This document shows positions 36,439 to 40,773 of a stretch of 40,773 nt of DNA, piece by piece. Location of the stretch: IMG/VR virus record IMGVR_UViG_3300033067_000161, positions 1-40,773 of that record; one strand, written 5' to 3'. Both the position numbers and the translations under genes were made by a program. Numbering within the stretch: the first letter of the stretch is position 1; every line of letters starts with the position of its first letter. The stretch is from a virus. Lineage: Duplodnaviria; Caudoviricetes. Under the pieces are notes generated by a model. That model was not told where the DNA came from. It saw nothing but the letters and a program-made list of their open reading frames with translations, and did not search any database.

Positions 36439-36506
36439 TGGTGGATACCGTAGGAATTAAACCTACCTGCTACCTCCTGCAATAGGAAGGCTGAATCATC
36501 GTACCC
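36439..36506 (-). ncRNA. D-armless tRNA-Ala-like RNA (tmRNA TLD-like) or tRNA pseudogene
   Basis: GGGTAC/GTATCC acceptor with G3:U70, A73, CCA; T arm GTAGG-TTTAATT-CCTAC; no D stem. Confidence 0.6.
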
Positions 36507-36511
36507 ATAAA

Positions 36512-36587
36512 TGGCTGGCATACGTGGGGTCGAACCACGGACATTTTGATTAACAGTCAAACGCTCTACCGACTGAGCTATATGCCA
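36512..36587 (-). tRNA. tRNA-Asn(GTT)
   Basis: Canonical 76-nt cloverleaf with CCA. Confidence 0.95.
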
Positions 36588-36593
36588 ATATTC

Positions 36594-36679
36594 TGGTGGA
36601 TGCCCTAGGTAACGCTCCTAGCGAGTGCATAGACAAAGGATTTACAGTCCCTCCCGCCTCTTTAACGGAATATGCATCC
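36594..36679 (-). tRNA. tRNA-Tyr(GTA) with atypical T-loop
   Basis: GGGA-CT GTA AA-TCCT, long variable region, T-loop AGCGTTA, CCA. Confidence 0.75.
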
Positions 36680-36684
36680 AAATT

Positions 36685-36759
36685 TGGTACAGCATGGGAG
36701 AATCGAACTCCCCTTTACGGGATGAAAACCCGTTGTCCTAACCGATAGACGAATGCTGC
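36685..36759 (-). tRNA. tRNA-Glu(TTC)
   Basis: ACGGG-TT TTC AT-CCCGT, short variable loop, CCA. Confidence 0.92.
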
Positions 36760-36840
36760 TTAATTAATTGAGAAGAGTATAGCACAGAATCCAGTGGATT
36801 AAATAGGCTATAAACAAATACTTGCAATCTTCTCGAAACT

Positions 36841-36916
36841 TGGTACAGAAAATTGGGATTGAACCAATGACCTAACGCTTATCAAGCGTTTGCTCTACCA
36901 ACTGAGCTATTTCTGC
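36841..36916 (-). tRNA. tRNA-Ile(GAT)
   Basis: AACGC-TT GAT AA-GCGTT, CCA. Confidence 0.92.
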
Positions 36917-36923
36917 ATTAATT

Positions 36924-37006
36924 TGGTGTCTCAGGTCAGACTCGAACTGACACGCACTAGGCACTGGTTTCTAAGACCAGCGTGGCTACCATTACACCAC
37001 CGAGAC
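36924..37006 (-). tRNA. tRNA-Leu(TAG)
   Basis: CTGGT-CT TAG AA-ACCAG, variable arm, A73, CCA. Confidence 0.9.
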
Positions 37007-37007
37007 T

Positions 37008-37091
37008 TGGTGCGAGAGGTGGGATTTGAACCCACAAGCCGTTAGGCGGCAGATTTTAAGTCTGCTGTGTATACCATTCCACCACTCTCGC
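37008..37091 (-). tRNA. tRNA-Leu(TAA)
   Basis: GCAGA-CT TAA AA-TCTGC, variable arm, A73, CCA. Confidence 0.92.
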
Positions 37092-37097
37092 TAAATT

Positions 37098-37182
37098 TGG
37101 TGCTGAAGGTGAGACTCGAACTCACGTAAGATTTCTCTGACGGCTTACAAAACCGTTGCAATTGCCGCTATGCGACTTCAGC
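37098..37182 (-). tRNA. tRNA-Thr(TGT) with long variable arm
   Basis: ACGGT-TT TGT AA-GCCGT; 14-nt variable region; G1-C72, C2-G71; CCA. Confidence 0.85.
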
Positions 37183-37340
37183 TAATCCTAGAGTATATTC
37201 ATATTCACAGAGGACTAGGTTCCATGTGATACTAGCAGACTTCTGACTTTCGGTGTCTGCGACCTCAGTAACGTTAGATTAGGTTACGTAGCTTCTGCTA
37301 TTGCCTTTTGTGTTCGCTATTCGCAAATAGCAAACGAATC

Positions 37341-37418
37341 TGGAAGCGTAAGGCTGGATTCGAACCAGCGTTCTTTGCCTTATGAGGGCAACGAGATAGA
37401 CCACTTCTCCACTCCGCT
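37341..37418 (-). tRNA. tRNA(CAT), Met or Ile2, with bulged acceptor stem
   Basis: TTGCC-CT CAT AA-GGCAA; acceptor AGCGGAG/CTTACGCT; CCA. Confidence 0.8.
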
Positions 37419-37454
37419 ATAACTATCAAAAACCTTAGTCTCTTCACCTACGGT

Positions 37455-37649
37455 TCAGAAACCGTGGGAATCGTCCCAATCATAGTGAATCTGCGCTGCA
37501 GTCTTTCCACTAGGGTTCTTTAGAATCTCGAAATCAACTTCGGACTCTGAATCTACTTCATCCAATACTACATTCGAGCAATCTTCGCATTCATACCCTT
37601 GGTTAAATACGCTTTGCTTAAAGTATTGATTACATACAATGCATTTCAT
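37455..37649 (-). CDS. Small Zn-ribbon protein
   Basis: CxxC...CxxC followed by an acidic tail. Confidence 0.6.
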   Translation of the reverse strand: MKCIVCNQYFKQSVFNQGYECEDCSNVVLDEVDSESEVDFEILKNPSGKTAAQIHYDWDDSHGF

Positions 37650-37671
37650 TGTGTCTCATTTCGTTAAGTTA

Positions 37672-37698
37672 TGAATTAGTGCTGGTTACTTTTCCAGC
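37672..37698 (-). repeat. Conserved hairpin motif, copy 2
   Basis: GCTGG-AAAAGTAA-CCAGC-ACTAATTCA. Confidence 0.7.
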
Positions 37699-37856
37699 GA
37701 CCAACTAGGTAATTGTGAAAGGAGTTAGAAAGCAACTACGAAATTGGACAGATTATATCGTAATAGTCTTTCAATGGGAATTTATTTTAGCAGGTTACGA
37801 ACTTTTAATATACGTATTTACTAAAAGCTTAAATTGAAATTTGCTACGATAGTGTA

Positions 37857-37885
37857 ATTATATCACACTTTACTGTAAATATCAA
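37857..37885 (-). promoter_or_regulatory. Sigma70-type promoter upstream of the tRNA cluster
   Basis: TTGATA-17-TATAAT, with TGTGA before the -10. Confidence 0.78.
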
Positions 37886-37954
37886 GAGCAATTCAATAAA
37901 ATTCGCAGAAAGTAGCTCGTCCTACTACCGTAGTACTCGCCTTACGCTTAACGT

Positions 37955-38434
37955 TCAATCAAACACACAGTACCTACTGAGTATTTTAGCGTACTTTAAC
38001 TGTAGCTTGTTATATAACCTACGCACAACTACGATATCCTGTACGACTAACACTCTATCCTTACCATCTTCTCTCCAGCATAGGGTATAACTGAACATAT
38101 CTTGATGATGAGGTACTATACGTAAAGCACCACCTAAGTTACGTTGAGCTTCCTTGATTGAGTTAAAAGCTTTTCTAGTCACTAAACGTAAGTTTTGTAG
38201 TCTGTAGTCAGACTGGTCTAGATTACGGTGCAGCACTACTTTATCTTTTGGCACAGTCAAGTCATTACCTAACTCTATAGCTACCCTATTAGCTTTCAGT
38301 TTGTACTTCTTACCTTGTTTGTAGAAGATTAGGTATCCGTCAGCATCAGGGAATAGCCTACGGTAAGGTTTGTCAGCCTTGAGTATGTAGAACTCACCCT
38401 CTAATGCACGGTATAGCAATAGTTCTTTTAACAT
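37955..38434 (-). CDS. HNH-like protein, possibly degenerate
   Basis: DGYL...ANRVA...VVLHRNLDQSDYRLQNLRLVT resembles the phage HNH_3 pattern. Confidence 0.6.
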   Translation of the reverse strand: MLKELLLYRALEGEFYILKADKPYRRLFPDADGYLIFYKQGKKYKLKANRVAIELGNDLTVPKDKVVLHRNLDQSDYRLQNLRLVTRKAFNSIKEAQRNLGGALRIVPHHQDMFSYTLCWREDGKDRVLVVQDIVVVRRLYNKLQLKYAKILSRYCVFD

Positions 38435-38674
38435 AACATCCTTGTAGTAAATATTTTAGTAAGCACAACTTGATCGTTTAGCACAATCTATTAGTTCTAT
38501 GTGCTGTATGGTTGTTGGTTAGGTATGTAGGGTTGTACTGTTGTTTTTATACAACAAATGTACGACTGTAACCTACACCAACCTGAGCCTCAAGGCGAAT
38601 AACCATATGTACGTTATACTATATATAGTAATATCAGTATTATTATATCAGTATAGTTTAGTCAGTCTAGTTAG

Positions 38675-38743
38675 GGGCTAATTTTCGGACTAGTATAGGT
38701 CTAAATTTCGGACTATCATAGGACTAATTTTCGGACTAGTTAG
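38675..38743. repeat. Three tandem 23-bp repeats (iteron-like)
   Basis: GGnCTAAwTTTCGGACTA core; CGGAC at 38686, 38709 and 38732. Confidence 0.85.
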
Positions 38744-39141
38744 AACGGTGAATCTCGCTCTGCTTCTACTAACCTAACTCTCTGCGTTTCGTAAATACCA
38801 TACACATCCTTCACAATGTAGCTATTCGATACGATGCTCTTACCTGTTGCATAGACCTTTTTTGTATGTACAATAATTAGTTCCAGCTCTTTAAGCTTTT
38901 TGATGCAATCACTGACCGTTTGTTTAGCCATACCACCTAAAGCTTCTCCGATATCTGTCATATTTTCATAGTACTCTTTATTCTGTGAACTAAAGAATAC
39001 ATATTTGTCTAGCATATGTGTATATACTAATTTAGCATTAGCAGTTAAGTCTTTTCTCTTCAGTAACTCGTGCGAAGACCTAATCCACGTATTACGAGGA
39101 CTAGTTTTCTTTTCCAGTTTGACGATGTTAGCTACTTGCAC
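38740..39141 (-). CDS. Winged-HTH protein resembling the N-terminal domain of a phage replication initiator
   Basis: LTANAKLVY..ML...IGEALG..KQTV..CIK.L.E..LI...N.Y. A GTG at 39141 after AAGGAG is more plausible than 39177. Confidence 0.7.
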   Translation of the reverse strand: MQVANIVKLEKKTSPRNTWIRSSHELLKRKDLTANAKLVYTHMLDKYVFFSSQNKEYYENMTDIGEALGGMAKQTVSDCIKKLKELELIIVHTKKVYATGKSIVSNSYIVKDVYGIYETQRVRLVEAERDSPF

Positions 39142-39167
39142 AAGAACTCCTTTTATAAGACTCCATA

Positions 39168-39196
39168 AGGTTAGCACAGGTTTTACGGTTTGTCAA
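39168..39196 (-). promoter_or_regulatory. Sigma70-type promoter (leftward member of a divergent pair)
   Basis: TTGACA-17-TAACCT, with TGTGC before the -10. Confidence 0.7.
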
Positions 39197-39223
39197 GCTT
39201 TTCCGTAAAATATTTCCTAATCC

Positions 39224-39252
39224 TTGACTCTAGACTTAGATTGTGTTATAAT
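39224..39252 (+). promoter_or_regulatory. Sigma70-type promoter (rightward member of a divergent pair)
   Basis: TTGACT-17-TATAAT, with TGTGT before the -10. Confidence 0.8.
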
Positions 39253-39284
39253 TAATTCTTTATCAACCCTTAAAAGGAGTACAC

Positions 39285-39611
39285 ATGACTGATGTTAAAC
39301 GAATTGAATCTTACGGCCTCTACGACTTTTGCCAAGACATTGAAGCAGCGTTCAAAGAAGGCTACGTATTTGATTTTGATACAAATGAAAACTTTCCTAC
39401 GGCTTATGGGACTATGCTTACTTGCGGTCTTGTTAAGGCTGGTAAGAAGGTAAAGGAAACTGTAGCTCAAGCTGAACAAGTTGCTGAAGTTGTACAGGAA
39501 GAGCAGCAAGTAGGTATTGTAGCAGACGAAGTTGAGTCAGTAGCTACAGAAGTACAAGAGATCGCTGAAGCTACTCCTGCAAAGCGCGGTCCTAAACCAA
39601 AGAACAAGTAA
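39285..39611 (+). CDS. Hypothetical protein with acidic linker and basic KRGPKPK tail
   Basis: AAGGAG RBS; own promoter and terminator. Confidence 0.8.
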   Translation: MTDVKRIESYGLYDFCQDIEAAFKEGYVFDFDTNENFPTAYGTMLTCGLVKAGKKVKETVAQAEQVAEVVQEEQQVGIVADEVESVATEVQEIAEATPAKRGPKPKNK

Positions 39612-39620
39612 TTGTTAAGC

Positions 39621-39647
39621 AGCCCTCTCACGAGGGCTTATTTATTT
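39621..39647 (+). terminator. Intrinsic terminator
   Basis: AGCCCTC-TCAC-GAGGGCT-TATTTATTT. Confidence 0.65.
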
Positions 39648-39657
39648 CAGGAGGTCT

Positions 39658-40443
39658 ATGAAAAGAAATCAAAAAGTTGCAGCACAACGCATCCAAAAAG
39701 AAAAGTTCCAGCGCCAGCAATTTCCTGTGCTGTTACCAATGAATGCAAAGCAGACGGAATTACTAGAAGCTTTAAAATATAATACCTTAGTTGTAGCTAG
39801 AGGTAGTGCTGGTACAGGTAAGACTTTACTGGCGGTATGGCATGCAGCGAAGAAGTTGCACTATGCAGATATTAAGAAGGTTGTGCTAATCCGAGCGTAT
39901 CAACCGTTGGCAGGTAGGAGTATTGGTTTCCTACCCGGTACCGCTGAGGAAAAGCTCCTACCCTTCTACCAACAAATGATTGATTACTTTGAAGACTACC
40001 TCGGTAAAGCTACCACTGAAATTCATCTCAAGAATAAGACCATTGAAATCTGTTCCTTAGAGACTATTCGTGGTCGTAGTTGGAATGACAGCATCATTAT
40101 CGTAGATGAAAGCCAGAACTTATACGTTCCTGAGATTCAAGCCCTTACTACCCGTGTAGGCACTAGTTCTCAGATCATCTTCTGCGGTGATAACACTGGA
40201 CCTCAGACCGATGTAAAGAAGGGTATGGACGGATTGACATACTTAGAAAAAATTTGCATCAAATATAACATAGATGACTGCAGCTTTACTACTTTCGAAA
40301 GAGAAGACGTAGTACGTAGCGGTTTAACCAAAGAATTCGTAATTGCTTTCGAGGACGAATTAATAGCTGAAGGTAACGGTACTGCCGTAACTCAAAGCGT
40401 AACAAAGGAGAAAGCTAATGTTCGACAAGCTAAAAAAGTTTAA
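39658..40443 (+). CDS. phoH: PhoH-family ATPase
   Basis: GSAGTGKT, GFLPG..EEK, RGRS, IIVDESQN, TRVG, GD..Q.D, VRS. Confidence 0.95.
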   Translation: MKRNQKVAAQRIQKEKFQRQQFPVLLPMNAKQTELLEALKYNTLVVARGSAGTGKTLLAVWHAAKKLHYADIKKVVLIRAYQPLAGRSIGFLPGTAEEKLLPFYQQMIDYFEDYLGKATTEIHLKNKTIEICSLETIRGRSWNDSIIIVDESQNLYVPEIQALTTRVGTSSQIIFCGDNTGPQTDVKKGMDGLTYLEKICIKYNIDDCSFTTFEREDVVRSGLTKEFVIAFEDELIAEGNGTAVTQSVTKEKANVRQAKKV

Positions 40444-40773
40444 AGACCTGAACCCCGTATACATTAAAATGGACGATGAAGATGACGATAATACTAACCC
40501 TATGCTTGCTAACCAGCATTTACCTTATTTCCAAAGTACACAAGTTAATCGTTGCATCAAAGCGTTCATTGATGAGAATGTAAGGGAAGCGAAATATTAC
40601 CGTAATCTCATCCATACTATCGATAGCTTAGGTGAAGATGATATTGTATGGTTAAGTATTAATACCTATGGAGGTCATTTAGATGGAGCAATTGCCATTA
40701 TCAATGCAATTCAAAACACCAGTGCTAATGTACATTGTCATATCGATGGTATCGCTGCTAGTGCAGGTAGCCT
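40418..40773 (+). CDS. clpP: ClpP-like protease, 3'-truncated
   Basis: AAGGAG RBS and ATG at 40418; my translation contains LSINTYGGHLDGAIAIINAI...IDGIAASAGS. Not in the ORF track. Confidence 0.85.
   Translation, partial: MFDKLKKFKDLNPVYIKMDDEDDDNTNPMLANQHLPYFQSTQVNRCIKAFIDENVREAKYYRNLIHTIDSLGEDDIVWLSINTYGGHLDGAIAIINAIQNTSANVHCHIDGIAASAGS

Noticed and set aside
36018-37091. Suppressor tRNAs or stop-codon recoding suggested by TGA, TAG and TAA anticodons
   Set aside because: These anticodons read UCA, CUA and UUA (Ser and Leu). No CTA, TCA or TTA anticodon was found, and the ORFs are intact in the standard code.
37183-37340. Hammerhead or tRNA-associated HDV-like (theta) ribozyme
   Set aside because: No CUGAnGA core and no nested double pseudoknot could be fitted by eye; the tRNAs already encode CCA. 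Kept only as a generic ncRNA candidate.
38675-38743. Mini CRISPR array
   Set aside because: Repeats are tandem with only about 5 variable nt between cores; no spacers and no cas genes.

Overview
Part of a tailed dsDNA phage genome (siphovirus-type long non-contractile tail), AT-rich, standard genetic code, host not identifiable from sequence alone. The + strand ends carry nucleotide-metabolism and auxiliary genes: a partial dATP/dGTP diphosphohydrolase, nrdB, nrdA and thioredoxin on the left, phoH and a partial ClpP-like protease on the right. A ~35 kb - strand block runs in this order: HTH protein with three 23-bp repeats, HNH-like protein, tRNA cluster (12 tRNAs plus tRNA-like and structured RNAs), duplicated fibre-tip genes, membrane proteins, terminase, portal, a five-gene fibre cassette, protease, scaffold, decoration and capsid, neck, tail, then lysis. 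Strongest leads: (1) a fibre cassette inside the head operon whose proteins show matching C-terminal DGGxY and N-terminal (I/L)KRS modules, suggesting a chained head-fibre assembly; (2) a tail chaperone extension that lies in the +1 frame, not the usual -1 frame; (3) a D-armless, G3:U70 tRNA-Ala-like RNA resembling an isolated tmRNA tRNA-like domain, next to a possibly permuted cloverleaf; (4) an NlpC/P60-Ubl(GG)-gpJ triple fusion. All family assignments are from motif recognition by eye; no database searches or folding programs were run.
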